Below, in pieces: positions 8,449-19,072 of a stretch of DNA of 64,000 nucleotides (position 1 is its first letter; each line of letters starts with the position of its first letter). The translations under genes and the position numbers were made by a program. The notes beneath the pieces were generated by a model, which was not told where the DNA came from, made no database searches, and worked only from the letters and a program-made list of their open reading frames with translations. This stretch comes from a virus: positions 108,908 to 172,907 of the IMG/VR virus record IMGVR_UViG_3300029787_000002; one strand, written 5' to 3'.

Positions 8449-11400
8449 ATGTCCCTAACTAGACTAAAGAATATTATTACGTCCAGAACTGGACGTATTA
8501 TCTATGTCAACCCTGACGATTTCGATGCATCTGATGCTATCGATAACAGAGGTAACTCTGCTTTGCGTCCATTTAAATCGATCCAAAGGGCATTCCTAGA
8601 AGTAGCAAGATTTTCATATAGAGTTGGTTTAAGTAATGACGAGTTTGATGCTTTCAGTATCATGCTCTATCCTGCTGAGTATCAAGTAGATAATAGACCT
8701 GGAGACGTATTATATACAAACGTTGCACCTATTGATGCAAACTCTAACCTAGACTTAACCTCACCAAACAACGTATTATATAAGTATAACTCTGTTGAAG
8801 GTGGTATCATCGTACCTAGAGGTTGTTCCCTCGTTGGTACTGACCTCCGTCGTACAAAGATCATTCCAAAATATGTTCCATACCCTACAACTTATGCTGC
8901 AAAAGGCATTAACACAGAAGATCAAGTCCCTCCAAGGACAGCAATCTTCAAAGTTACTGGTGGTACTTATTTCTGGCAATTCTCTTTCTTTGACGGTGCT
9001 GAAGAAGGTGTATACTTCAAACCTGATAGCGTAGAGACACTTGCACCTAAGTTCTCACACCATAGATTAACTTGTTTTGAGTTTGCTGATGGTCTTAACC
9101 CCCTCTCCAAACTTATTACTGATGGTACAGTTCCGAACACAGACTATTCTGCTGTTCCTAACATTCTTGAAAGAACTGACCTAGAGATTTATTATCAGAA
9201 GGTATCGAAAGCATTCGCAACGATTCCTGATACCTCTGGCGATCCTGCTGCTGACCAGATTCAACCAAGGGTCGAAGAAAATAGAATCGTTGGACCGATT
9301 TCAGATGAATACAGAGTCTTACAGGTCACAAGAAATGGACAGACAGCAACGGCTGTCACTGTTGACGAGTTTGATAATCCCAGGGACCACGGATTTTCTG
9401 TTGGTGTTAACATCAACGTTAGTGGTGTTACAGGATCAACTGGACCGCAATCCGAAGTTGATGCAGGACTTTATAACGGAAGTTTCACAGTCACATCCGC
9501 ATCTGGTAACGTCTTCACATACCAAATGCAAGGAGAACCAACAGGAAACGCTGTAGGTTCTAATATTACTGTTAAGACTGAGATTGATACTGTTGACTCA
9601 GCATCACCATACGCATTCAACCTATCACTAAGAAGTGTGTGGGGTATGAATGGTATGCACGCAAACGGTGCAAAAGCAACTGGTTTCAAATCAATGGTTG
9701 TGGCACAGTTTACTGGATTGTCACTCCAAAAAGATGATAGAGCATTTGTTAGATATAATCAATCAACTGGAAACTATGATGCTGCAACATCTGGTGATGG
9801 TGCACACCTAGACGGATTTGCTGAGTATAGAAAAGGATGGGGACATGAGCACATCAAGTGTTCTAATGACTCATTCATTCAGGCAGTTTCTGTGTTCGCT
9901 GTGGGATACTTTGGTCACTTCACTGCTGAGAGTGGTGCTGACATGTCAATTACGAACTCTAACTCTAACTTTGGTAACACAGCGTTAAGAGCAGCAGGAT
10001 TCAAAGCAAAGTCATTCTCGAAAGATAAAGCAGGTGCAATCACACATATCATTCCACCTAAAGCACTCAACGTCATCTCTACTCTTGCAAATGGTTCTAA
10101 TGGTACTAATACTATCACTTTAACTTCTGCAAAAGTTGGTGATGCTCTGGGTATCATTCAAGGTATGACTGTAACAGGAACTAACATTCCCGATAGTACA
10201 ACTGTTGGAACGGTCAATACAAACACTGGTGCTATTACACTTAGTAACACTCTCACTGGAAACATCGTAGCAGGTAATATAATCTTTGGCGAAGAAACTT
10301 CTGTTAACTGGGTTAACATTGATATTCAAAGGACTAAGGTCGTTAACGCATCGCTCGCAGGTCAAGGCGGTACCCCTGGAACTAGACTCTATCTCTACGG
10401 ATATACGACTGAAGCGTCACCTCCTACAACTAGAGTGCAGGGTTTCACCGTTGGTGCACGTCAAGATGGCACAGGTGCGAGTGCTATTGCAGACAAAATC
10501 AACTGTCTCTTAGTTGCAAACGGTGCAACGACTGCAACAACACAAGGAGCAAGTATTTCACCTTATGGTCCTAGTGTATCTGGACTAGCAGCAGGTGTAG
10601 CAGGATCACCGATCCAGTATGATAGTGCAACATATACAATTAATGGTGTAGCAGGTTCAGTTGGTGGTTGGTATCTAAGTGTTACAGCAAACTCTGAAAT
10701 CTATCAAACTTTATCTACAAATACGCAATATAATAACGTAAACTTTACTCCGAGTACATTCCTTAAGAGAATCCCTGACCCTCGTGACTTACAAGATAGA
10801 ACTTATCGTGTAAGAATGGTCATTGATAAGGACAAGTCTAATCCTCTACCTAGAGATCCTATCTCTGGTTTCGTAATGCAACCTTTGAATAGTGACACTA
10901 CAACATTCAACTTAACTAAATGTTTCTACATCTATGATATTGAAATCGTACAACCATTTGAAAGAGGTGTCAATGATGGTATCTATTATCTAACATTATT
11001 GTGCGGTTCTATTGCACCAAGCACATCTAACTTTGACAATAGAAAGTTCTCACAGAACGTCAACGAAGTTTATCCTACATTCGATAGAGATAACCCAGTT
11101 GCTGATCCTCTTCCTGCAGTTTCTGTTGCTGACAATGTTATTATCGGTCTCGTCAATGCTACTGATGGTGCAACACCAACTCCTGCAAAAGATCCCAAGA
11201 GATCTATTACTAAGGAAGGTATTCAGTTCCTTCTAACTGATACAGGTTGGACTCAACCTGGTACTACGCCAAACTATGACTCAAACAACGCAAAACTCTC
11301 AAATGTGCAACTTACTGCACGGGCTGGCGATGAAGAGACACGAAAAATTAAGATTCGAGAAAATAATGATGGAACAGTCGCACCGATCAATATCGAGTTC

Positions 11401-12417
11401 AGACGTCACTCCATCCTCAGATCAGGTAATCACACATTTGAGTACCTTGGTTTCGGACCTGGAAACTATAGTACAGCGTTCCCTCAAACACAGGTAGAGA
11501 CTCTAACTCAAGAACAGATCCGATTCTCTCAGTCTATTAAAGAAGAAGGAGGAGTTTCATTCTACTCTGGACTTAACTCTAACGGTGACCTATTCATTGG
11601 TAACCAAGTTATCAACCCTGTTACAGGTCAGATCACTAATGAAGATATTGCACAGTTGAACGTTGTTGGTGAAGAGAACACAACTATTCAGACATTCTCT
11701 GAGTTGGTTCTTACCGATAAACTAACCGTTCTTGGTGGTGCATCTAACCAGTTAGAATCTATCTTTGCAGGTCCTGTTACATTCCAAGGTCTATCAACCT
11801 TTACGAATAACGTTCAAGCAAGAAAGATTTCTTACTATAACCAAGATGGTACTGTTATTAAGCAAACCTTACTAGCACCTGCATTAGCAAATGGACAACC
11901 TAATTTTGCTAATATTACCAACTACGATACACCTTCTGATGGTGACCTTGTTTATAATATCAACTGGACTCCTGGTAAATCTTTAGGTTGGATCTACTAT
12001 GGTGGTGTTTGGAAAGAATTTGGTCTTACAGATACTGGCGAGATCAATATTGATACTTTTAATAGCACTCAACATATTGGTATTGGTACTGCTGCGGTAT
12101 CTGGATTCAGAGTGGGCATGTTGGGCAACGCAAAAGTTGATGGAGACTTAGTTGTTACTGGTCGAGGTGGTGTTGGTGCTGACAAGTATATTACTAAATC
12201 ATATACAGGAGATGGTACTACTTTAACGTTTGCTGTAACTACATATAGTGGAACTATTAAGCACTCTGACGATTCACTATTAGTATTCCTTAATGGTGTA
12301 GCACAGATTGCAGGAACCAACTACACAGTCGACTCTAACGGAGCAAACGTTGTATTCTCCTCTGGTGATGCTCCACTTGCATCAGACACTGTTCACATCT
12401 TAGAACTACCTATCTAA
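8449..12417 (+). CDS. Large virion structural/tail-fibre-like protein (beta-helix type)
   Basis: MSLTRLKNII...YVNPDDFDASD...RPFKSIQRA...GTDLRRTKIIP is a typical cyanophage fibre head; C-terminal GDG.T..F...LLVFLNGVAQ domain. Confidence 0.8.
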   Translation: MSLTRLKNIITSRTGRIIYVNPDDFDASDAIDNRGNSALRPFKSIQRAFLEVARFSYRVGLSNDEFDAFSIMLYPAEYQVDNRPGDVLYTNVAPIDANSNLDLTSPNNVLYKYNSVEGGIIVPRGCSLVGTDLRRTKIIPKYVPYPTTYAAKGINTEDQVPPRTAIFKVTGGTYFWQFSFFDGAEEGVYFKPDSVETLAPKFSHHRLTCFEFADGLNPLSKLITDGTVPNTDYSAVPNILERTDLEIYYQKVSKAFATIPDTSGDPAADQIQPRVEENRIVGPISDEYRVLQVTRNGQTATAVTVDEFDNPRDHGFSVGVNINVSGVTGSTGPQSEVDAGLYNGSFTVTSASGNVFTYQMQGEPTGNAVGSNITVKTEIDTVDSASPYAFNLSLRSVWGMNGMHANGAKATGFKSMVVAQFTGLSLQKDDRAFVRYNQSTGNYDAATSGDGAHLDGFAEYRKGWGHEHIKCSNDSFIQAVSVFAVGYFGHFTAESGADMSITNSNSNFGNTALRAAGFKAKSFSKDKAGAITHIIPPKALNVISTLANGSNGTNTITLTSAKVGDALGIIQGMTVTGTNIPDSTTVGTVNTNTGAITLSNTLTGNIVAGNIIFGEETSVNWVNIDIQRTKVVNASLAGQGGTPGTRLYLYGYTTEASPPTTRVQGFTVGARQDGTGASAIADKINCLLVANGATTATTQGASISPYGPSVSGLAAGVAGSPIQYDSATYTINGVAGSVGGWYLSVTANSEIYQTLSTNTQYNNVNFTPSTFLKRIPDPRDLQDRTYRVRMVIDKDKSNPLPRDPISGFVMQPLNSDTTTFNLTKCFYIYDIEIVQPFERGVNDGIYYLTLLCGSIAPSTSNFDNRKFSQNVNEVYPTFDRDNPVADPLPAVSVADNVIIGLVNATDGATPTPAKDPKRSITKEGIQFLLTDTGWTQPGTTPNYDSNNAKLSNVQLTARAGDEETRKIKIRENNDGTVAPINIEFRRHSILRSGNHTFEYLGFGPGNYSTAFPQTQVETLTQEQIRFSQSIKEEGGVSFYSGLNSNGDLFIGNQVINPVTGQITNEDIAQLNVVGEENTTIQTFSELVLTDKLTVLGGASNQLESIFAGPVTFQGLSTFTNNVQARKISYYNQDGTVIKQTLLAPALANGQPNFANITNYDTPSDGDLVYNINWTPGKSLGWIYYGGVWKEFGLTDTGEINIDTFNSTQHIGIGTAAVSGFRVGMLGNAKVDGDLVVTGRGGVGADKYITKSYTGDGTTLTFAVTTYSGTIKHSDDSLLVFLNGVAQIAGTNYTVDSNGANVVFSSGDAPLASDTVHILELPI

Positions 12418-12421
12418 TCAC

Positions 12422-12844
12422 ATGGCAATTTCAAGAGTAAGTGGTAATCAAATTGCCACCAGTACACAAGCAATCGTAACAACCTTAAGTTTCTTAAATA
12501 CTAACTCAGTTTTAAGAATCCCTTCAGGTACTCAAGCACAAAGACCTACTGGTGTATCAGTTGGCACACTAAGATTTAATACTGATCTTGACTCTGCAGA
12601 GATTTACAAAGCAGATGATGGAACGGGGTCTGCAGGATGGTCACCCGTTGCAGGTGGTGGACCTGCCTTAGGAACTGATAGTATTATTAGAACAAACAAT
12701 AGTGTAATCGCAGAAAACCTTACAGTTGGACCAAGTGCTAACAATGGTGCTGAGTTTACCAACGGAATGAGTGCAGGTCCTATCACAATTAATTCTGGTT
12801 TCACTGTTACAGTGGAGTCAGGTGCATCATGGAGTGTTAGATGA
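12422..12844 (+). CDS. Short tail-fibre/adaptor protein
   Basis: IPSGTQAQRP...GTLRFNT module; C-terminal NGMSAGPITINSGFTVTVESGASW. Confidence 0.75.
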   Translation: MAISRVSGNQIATSTQAIVTTLSFLNTNSVLRIPSGTQAQRPTGVSVGTLRFNTDLDSAEIYKADDGTGSAGWSPVAGGGPALGTDSIIRTNNSVIAENLTVGPSANNGAEFTNGMSAGPITINSGFTVTVESGASWSVR

Positions 12845-13110
12845 AGGTACGAGCACAGAACTTACAAGGATTAACACCAGGATTTACTGTCACATTAGAT
12901 CATGATAGTGACTTTGCATTTAAAGGTGGAGCAGAACTAAGAATCACAGGTTCTCAAAACTCTTTACCCCTACCATATGGTACAACTCAACAGTTCAATG
13001 ATGCAGTGATTAATAAATCACCTAACAGAGGATATGTAAACGGGCAGTTGAGATTTAATACGGGTAGTAGTAGATTAGAAGTATACAACAACGGAATTTG
13101 GGCAGGTTAA
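12841..13110 (+). CDS. Small fibre-module protein
   Basis: LPLPYGTTQQ...GQLRFNT...LEVYNNGIW. Confidence 0.7.
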   Translation: MKVRAQNLQGLTPGFTVTLDHDSDFAFKGGAELRITGSQNSLPLPYGTTQQFNDAVINKSPNRGYVNGQLRFNTGSSRLEVYNNGIWAG

Positions 13111-13277
13111 TAGTAGAGGATGGGGACGTCCCCGACTTGACATTATATCAAAATCGGATTACAATATGTGATAAGTGTGAGTACAAATCACCTATTGGGA
13201 TCTGTACTAAATGTAACTGTGTACTTGCAGTGAAGGCACGCTTTCCAATATTCCACTGCCCGATCAATAAATGGTAA
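13098..13277 (+). CDS. Small Cys-rich protein (DUF6171-like, 59 aa, not in ORF track)
   Basis: TTG start; RITICDKCEY....ICTKCNCVLAVKARF...HCPINKW. Confidence 0.7.
   Translation: MGRLIVEDGDVPDLTLYQNRITICDKCEYKSPIGICTKCNCVLAVKARFPIFHCPINKW
13137..13165 (+). promoter_or_regulatory. Host-like sigma70 promoter internal to the Cys-rich gene
   Basis: TTGACA-17 nt-TACAAT. Confidence 0.55.
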
Positions 13278-13900
13278 TGAGTCCTTTCGCTTCTCAGTAT
13301 GGAGGCGAACCAGTAATCACTAATTCAATTCATCATGATAACTTTATCAGTGAGTTTGAAACAACATTAAACTGTCAAGAAATAATTGATTATTATCACT
13401 ATATTGCAGATAATGGTTTGACAATCAAGAGACACGCAGAGAAAGGTGCTGCTGATTCTCAAGTCTTTATGCACGAATTGCCTGTAGAATATTTTCATGA
13501 CAATCTATCTCGATCAGTCTTCCAACGTTGGAACTATCTTACTGAGCAAGCACTGAGAGAATATGTACTAAAGTATGATATTCTGGTTGGTCGTAGGTTT
13601 CAACATACGATGGCAAAACTCCAAAAGACTGAGCCAGGACAGGGTTATCACGCATGGCATTATGAAAGTACACCCGCTGCACCCTATCGTAAGTTAGCAA
13701 CTATGATCTATCTTAATGATGGATTTGAAGGTGGTGAGACAGAATTTTTATATCAACATTGTAGAATCACTCCGAAGGCAGGTAAGTTTGTTATCTTCCC
13801 TTGTGATTGGGCATGGACACACCGAGGTAATCCGCCCCTAAATAAAGATAAGTACATCGTTACTGCATGGGTAGAGGAGTATCCGACCCCAGGTCAATAA
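13277..13900 (+). CDS. 2OG-Fe(II) oxygenase (prolyl-4-hydroxylase-like)
   Basis: GYHAWHYE, MIYLND.FEGGETEF, FP..W.WTHRG, KYIVTAW. Confidence 0.9.
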   Translation: MSPFASQYGGEPVITNSIHHDNFISEFETTLNCQEIIDYYHYIADNGLTIKRHAEKGAADSQVFMHELPVEYFHDNLSRSVFQRWNYLTEQALREYVLKYDILVGRRFQHTMAKLQKTEPGQGYHAWHYESTPAAPYRKLATMIYLNDGFEGGETEFLYQHCRITPKAGKFVIFPCDWAWTHRGNPPLNKDKYIVTAWVEEYPTPGQ

Positions 13901-13903
13901 ATA
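13896..13903 (+). promoter_or_regulatory. Late promoter (AATAAATA)
   Basis: About 20 nt upstream of the fibre gene. Confidence 0.7.
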
Positions 13904-13922
13904 GAACTAAATCGCTTAAGTA

Positions 13923-14954
13923 ATGAGCAAACTAACTGTCGGTAGTCTAGGTGGCATACCTGCATCACTGAATCAAATAACTGTTCCTGCAGGACATACA
14001 TTACAGATCAATGGTAATGTATATCATGATGGTACTGGTGCTTTGCGTCTACCTACAGGTACAACTGGGCAGAGACCATCATCACCTACTACAGGTTATA
14101 TAAGATATAATACTCAGGACAATTGTGTAGAAGTTTATACAGGTAGTACTTGGTTACAATATTTTGGAGAGAATGGTACATCTAACGCACCATTTACATC
14201 ACTAGCAAACTTATCAAGTAATGACCCTGGATCTGGGTATTGGTATGTTAAGTTTGACGGAACTAATATAGAAGAAGTATACGCATATAAAGATGCCAAC
14301 GGTAAGTATTGGGTGATGGTTGCATCTATTACAGACAATACTTCACATGGTAGTTATACAGGTGGTTCGGATCACTGGTATGGTAACTGGACAACTACAT
14401 CAACTACTGGTACTGCAAGAACTGCAATGGCATCTGACTTTAAGTCAAATCATTACAGAGGTTGGAGTGCTAACGATGTATTGATTATGCAGGGGTTTGC
14501 TACATCTGGTACACCTTATGATACATCTACTGAAGTTGGATACATATCTGGTTGTTTCACTAACAGAGGTGGTAGCATGTATGCTATGTTTAACGACCAT
14601 ATCTCTTTAGGAAACCATGGTAACATCGGTGGTACACAGATTAGTGGTATGACCTTCCTCAAAGGATCTGCACAGGCATCAGATAATAGATATAGAGGTA
14701 GTAGTGCAGGTGAACTTAATCCAAACAATACTTGGCACGTTTCACCAGCAAACTGTGAAAACTATACTTTCAGTATGATTAATGCTCTAGGTTGTTCATC
14801 TAATGGATGTAACGTTGAGCACCATGCATGGGTAGGACAGACAGGAAACAACTATTCTAATCAAAACTTCCCAGAACCTAACTGGTCTGGTGATTGGGGG
14901 ATAAATAACCCTGGATCCCAAAATCATATGTACTGGTTATTCTTCTACGCATAA
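13923..14954 (+). CDS. Tail-fibre/receptor-binding protein with fibrinogen-like C-terminal domain
   Basis: LPTGTTGQRPSSP.TGYIRYNT module; SGYWYV...YAY...G.YWVMVASI. Confidence 0.7.
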   Translation: MSKLTVGSLGGIPASLNQITVPAGHTLQINGNVYHDGTGALRLPTGTTGQRPSSPTTGYIRYNTQDNCVEVYTGSTWLQYFGENGTSNAPFTSLANLSSNDPGSGYWYVKFDGTNIEEVYAYKDANGKYWVMVASITDNTSHGSYTGGSDHWYGNWTTTSTTGTARTAMASDFKSNHYRGWSANDVLIMQGFATSGTPYDTSTEVGYISGCFTNRGGSMYAMFNDHISLGNHGNIGGTQISGMTFLKGSAQASDNRYRGSSAGELNPNNTWHVSPANCENYTFSMINALGCSSNGCNVEHHAWVGQTGNNYSNQNFPEPNWSGDWGINNPGSQNHMYWLFFYA

Positions 14955-14957
14955 GAC

Positions 14958-16067
14958 ATGAGTACTCTAAACGTTAACGAACTACACGCATCTTCGCTGC
15001 ATAACTTCGAGATCAACTTCGATGATGGAGAAGCATTGATCGTTCAAGGTACATGTAATATGAGTGCATTGGGTCAACTAAGTTTACCTACAGGAACTAC
15101 AGCACAAAGACCTTCATCTCCTTCTACAGGAATGATTAGGTTCAATACAGAATTATTACAAGTAGAAGTTTATAATGGTAGTTCATGGGTACAAGTAATC
15201 AGAGCATCTGCAGGTGGTAATGATGGTGGAACCCCTGCTACAGCAGCGTCTAGTGTTCAAGAACTCATGGATGCAGGTGTTGCTGCAGATGGTAACTATT
15301 ATATGAACCTAGATGGTACAACTCGTAGATACTTTATACCTATCAATAGTCATCCCTATTATATCCTAATCGGTAACTGGGGTGGCGGTGGTGCTGCATT
15401 CTTTAGTAATGCATCATCATTATCAGGACAGAACTTAAGTGATCAAGGAGATTCAACTCCTACGGGTACTTTCGCTTCTAATAGTACTTGGGGTTATTAC
15501 AGAAACGCAAGTGGATCTGACTTTAAATATGCAACCTTTAGTAATAGGGGTGTATCATATCGTTATGTCAAGATGAGATTCAATCTCTATAACTACTATT
15601 CCAATGATGGTGTTAACGGACGTAACTTCCTAAATATTTCATCGAGTGTTGGTGATGGTCTAACGATCATGCGTGACAACTCTGGTGCAGGTGATGGACA
15701 ACACATCTTCACATACTATACTGCTATCTCTAATAATGATGGTAACTCTTGCCCTTCAGTAGCAGGAATGCAACCAACACACGTTGCAGGTGGTAACAAC
15801 CCAGGTGGTTTCATGGGTAACAGATATACATGTTTCTCTAGATCTGGATCTAGTTACACTTCAGAGTATGTGAGAAACTTTACTATACAGGCAGGGGATA
15901 ACTCTGGTGGTACAGGTCCAAACGTATTCAATGGTGATGCATGGTTCACTGTTGATTTAGGAACATCTTATAGTGACAACATGCACGTTGTTATTCACTC
16001 AGATCAAGACACTGGAAACGAAGATACATACCTTAAGAGAGGTTGTGTACTTGTTCGACCTGCATAA
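14958..16067 (+). CDS. Tail-fibre/receptor-binding protein (paralogous N-terminus)
   Basis: LPTGTTAQRPSSPSTGMIRFNT module; ADGNYYMNLDG. Confidence 0.7.
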   Translation: MSTLNVNELHASSLHNFEINFDDGEALIVQGTCNMSALGQLSLPTGTTAQRPSSPSTGMIRFNTELLQVEVYNGSSWVQVIRASAGGNDGGTPATAASSVQELMDAGVAADGNYYMNLDGTTRRYFIPINSHPYYILIGNWGGGGAAFFSNASSLSGQNLSDQGDSTPTGTFASNSTWGYYRNASGSDFKYATFSNRGVSYRYVKMRFNLYNYYSNDGVNGRNFLNISSSVGDGLTIMRDNSGAGDGQHIFTYYTAISNNDGNSCPSVAGMQPTHVAGGNNPGGFMGNRYTCFSRSGSSYTSEYVRNFTIQAGDNSGGTGPNVFNGDAWFTVDLGTSYSDNMHVVIHSDQDTGNEDTYLKRGCVLVRPA

Positions 16068-16070
16068 ATA
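16063..16070 (+). promoter_or_regulatory. Late promoter (CATAAATA)
   Basis: Overlaps the stop codon, precedes AAGGAG RBS and ORF 16094. Confidence 0.7.
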
Positions 16071-16093
16071 ATACGAAGGAGTAATTACTACAC

Positions 16094-17479
16094 ATGTCTC
16101 AGTTAAATGTTGATAAAGTTGTATCCCTAACAGGGGGATCAGGAACCGCTGAGTTCCAATTGGAGGCGTCTGGGCATTTTAACTTTGACTCTGGAACTCT
16201 TTACGTTGACTCTACTAACAATAGAATCGGTATTAATGATGCAACTCCTAGTTATACGTTAGATATCTCAGGTACTGACGGAATGAAAGTACCTGTAGGT
16301 ACTACCGCACAAAGACCTGGGGCAGCAGTAGAAGGATTATTCAGATATAATAGTACAGATAGAACTTTTGAAGGTTATTCATACGATCAAACTGCAGCAC
16401 AGGTACAATGGGGTCCAATTGCAGGTGCAGCAGGTAGTGGAACTCCTGATCAATCTACAGACAGATATAGTGCAAACTACACAGTTGGTGCAATCTTACG
16501 CTCCGATGGTACAGATGCCTACTGGTCATTTGATGGAGAGAACGATACAGGATGGTCAACAGCAAGAATTTGGACACACGGATATGTTGGAGGTGGATAT
16601 CAAAATGGTTCACCTTGGAGAAACGTAAACAGAACAGTTCATGCTACTGATACATCAACAAACTTAGGAGATATTTTAGACAGATCAGGTGCTTACATGT
16701 CAGGATCATGGCATGATACTAGGCACTTCTTTCACTCTATGGAGAACACTTACAGAGGTTCTTCAAACTATACCAATGCGATGGACATGGGTTCAGAGTC
16801 TGGTGTAACTCATCAGTCATCGTGGAACATGACAGTGAACAGAGGTTCAATGGGATCTCACCAAGATCATGTGTTTGCAGGAGGTTACTCTTACCTATAC
16901 GGTGGTGGTAGTTCAAGAACTGACGTATTTAACTTAAAAACTGAAGTCATGAGAACCTCAGGGTGGCCACCAGACTATCCTGATGGTGGCGATGACCCTA
17001 CATGGGGTGGACATGGTAGACTCTACGGTTGGGTCAAGAGATCTGGTACTAGAAGAGGTCAGTTCTTCAAGACTGAATCTTGGGTATCATGGGAACATGG
17101 TCCAGGTGGTGATGGTTGGAAGAAAATTCTTCCTACTATGTTAGGACATATGTACGTTGGTACAGGTAATAACAACCAGAACGGAAACCAGAAGTGTAGT
17201 GACCTCACTGGTATTCAGGTCAGAGGACTTAACTTCGGTAACATGGGTGAGGAAAACTTTGAAATGGGTATGAGAAAAGGTTATTGTTTAGGTAACTATA
17301 ATGGTTCCCAGAACAACAATACCTTTAAAGTTGACTACAATAGTGACAGTTACGCTAACTTAGGTGGTAGTTCACCACCATCAGGACATGGTGGCATGTC
17401 ATCTGCACACTGCTCTTCCTCTAGTTCTGTATCAGGACAGGGCAACTACGATTACGGTACTAACATTCCTAACTACTAA
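16094..17479 (+). CDS. Fibre-module protein with Kelch-like beta-propeller
   Basis: NRIGINDATP..TLDI, VPVGTTAQRP...GLFRYN; GYVGGGY / SYLYGGG / GYCLGNY blades. Confidence 0.7.
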   Translation: MSQLNVDKVVSLTGGSGTAEFQLEASGHFNFDSGTLYVDSTNNRIGINDATPSYTLDISGTDGMKVPVGTTAQRPGAAVEGLFRYNSTDRTFEGYSYDQTAAQVQWGPIAGAAGSGTPDQSTDRYSANYTVGAILRSDGTDAYWSFDGENDTGWSTARIWTHGYVGGGYQNGSPWRNVNRTVHATDTSTNLGDILDRSGAYMSGSWHDTRHFFHSMENTYRGSSNYTNAMDMGSESGVTHQSSWNMTVNRGSMGSHQDHVFAGGYSYLYGGGSSRTDVFNLKTEVMRTSGWPPDYPDGGDDPTWGGHGRLYGWVKRSGTRRGQFFKTESWVSWEHGPGGDGWKKILPTMLGHMYVGTGNNNQNGNQKCSDLTGIQVRGLNFGNMGEENFEMGMRKGYCLGNYNGSQNNNTFKVDYNSDSYANLGGSSPPSGHGGMSSAHCSSSSSVSGQGNYDYGTNIPNY

Positions 17480-18246
17480 TGACAAGCACAACATCGAATG
17501 ACGTCATCGTAATTGATGTCGAGAAATTTCCCAAAGCAGGCGAGTGGGGTATTCAACTTGGTACTCATCTAGGTCTAGAGGTATATCATCTTGCAGACGA
17601 GTTTTATCAGTATATTCCACAAGACGTTACATATCTTAGATTTCCCAGTAAAGAAGGAATCTTAGGAGAGAAGTATTGGGGAGAAATCAGGCAGACAAAA
17701 TCAACCTATGGTGTAAACGAGGAAGGAACTACTAATAAAGAGAAAGAAACTATTGAAGATACTACATTCTCAGAGTATGTTATACCCTTTATGAAAAAGG
17801 TTATTGTTATGAGTGTGCAAGAAACTTTTGAACACAGACTCAACATCCTCAATACAGACTTCTCTACACTTGAGCAAGCAACATGGACAGATCAGTTATG
17901 TGAGGCAATCGCATACCTTGCTGATAATGACTTCACAACAAAACTTATACATAAGTTAGCAGAGGTGAGGGACTTGACAACTTTGCAGTTTGCGACTAAA
18001 ATAGTTGACAAGCAAGCAGAGTTCTCAACCAAACTCTACGACCTAGCAGTCGCAGAACAAAAGATGATCCATATTATTGATGGATGTTCTAGTGTTCGTG
18101 AACTGAACGTTGTTCTAGAAGATTATTTCTCAGAAGCAATGTCAAATGCACAATGTCTTGAATATGGAAGATGCACAACCAATGAAGAAACAGGAAACAT
18201 CGAAAGAAAAGTCACTTTCGACTACTCAGGCGGACTCAAGTTCTGA
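17479..18246 (+). CDS. Hypothetical protein, possible fibre chaperone
   Basis: LEQATWTDQLCEA.AY...LA.VR....FATKIVDK resembles tail-fibre assembly proteins. Confidence 0.6.
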   Translation: MTSTTSNDVIVIDVEKFPKAGEWGIQLGTHLGLEVYHLADEFYQYIPQDVTYLRFPSKEGILGEKYWGEIRQTKSTYGVNEEGTTNKEKETIEDTTFSEYVIPFMKKVIVMSVQETFEHRLNILNTDFSTLEQATWTDQLCEAIAYLADNDFTTKLIHKLAEVRDLTTLQFATKIVDKQAEFSTKLYDLAVAEQKMIHIIDGCSSVRELNVVLEDYFSEAMSNAQCLEYGRCTTNEETGNIERKVTFDYSGGLKF

Positions 18247-19072
18247 TCCAAATCAGTACGATTATAGAGTCGCAGATGTATTAGAGGAACTTAAAAGTAT
18301 CGATGATTGGGATGTAGAAGAGATGTCTGTCAAATTGATGGACTGGTCTGAACAACAACATTTCGGTCAAACTGAGTTTCAAAATAAGTATTATGTTGTT
18401 AACAGTCAGGTCACACCATATAGGCAGATCAGACAAGCAATGATGGAGATCCAAGGTAGGACTAACTCTCTATCTAAAAGCACTATTCAACTTAAGCGAT
18501 GTATGAATGACATTGCAAGGGTTAAACATGATATGGATGACCCTCTAAGGGATGAGTTTGAGAAGCAAGATAAGCAATATGAATTAGAATTACTCTTCCT
18601 TGATAGGCAGATCTGGATTAATAAGATCAAACAATGTAAGGACGAACTTGATGGTCTCTTTAATATTATCAAAGAGAAAGCAGGAACTGATGACCCTGTA
18701 GAAATTACAAACATCCTAGAGAACAAGGAACTAGAGGAAGTTGAAGAGCATAAGTACTGGATTGCTCGTATGGGTAAACAGTCAGCAATTGATTTGTTGA
18801 CTACTGGTAGAGTTCAAGCAGGTAACTTAGAATCTATTTTACAAATGAACCCAGAAGATCAGGCAGCATGTCTAGATCTCGCAATGACTTATTCTACTGC
18901 TGTTAATCGTTCCGTTGGTGGAATCAAGGAAGCAGCAGAAGCAAGAGTCGATAAAATGATGGAAGGTAAACCACCTCAACTATTTGATACAGCAGGAGTA
19001 CTATCTGATTATGCACAAAACAACCTCCAAGAACGTCTTCAGTCTTCCGATAAACCCAAAACTGATTCCTGA
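18146..19072 (+). CDS. Coiled-coil hypothetical protein
   Basis: FQNKYYVVNSQVTPYRQIRQAMMEI, YWIARMGKQSAIDLL..GRV..GN. Confidence 0.75.
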   Translation: MHNVLNMEDAQPMKKQETSKEKSLSTTQADSSSDPNQYDYRVADVLEELKSIDDWDVEEMSVKLMDWSEQQHFGQTEFQNKYYVVNSQVTPYRQIRQAMMEIQGRTNSLSKSTIQLKRCMNDIARVKHDMDDPLRDEFEKQDKQYELELLFLDRQIWINKIKQCKDELDGLFNIIKEKAGTDDPVEITNILENKELEEVEEHKYWIARMGKQSAIDLLTTGRVQAGNLESILQMNPEDQAACLDLAMTYSTAVNRSVGGIKEAAEARVDKMMEGKPPQLFDTAGVLSDYAQNNLQERLQSSDKPKTDS

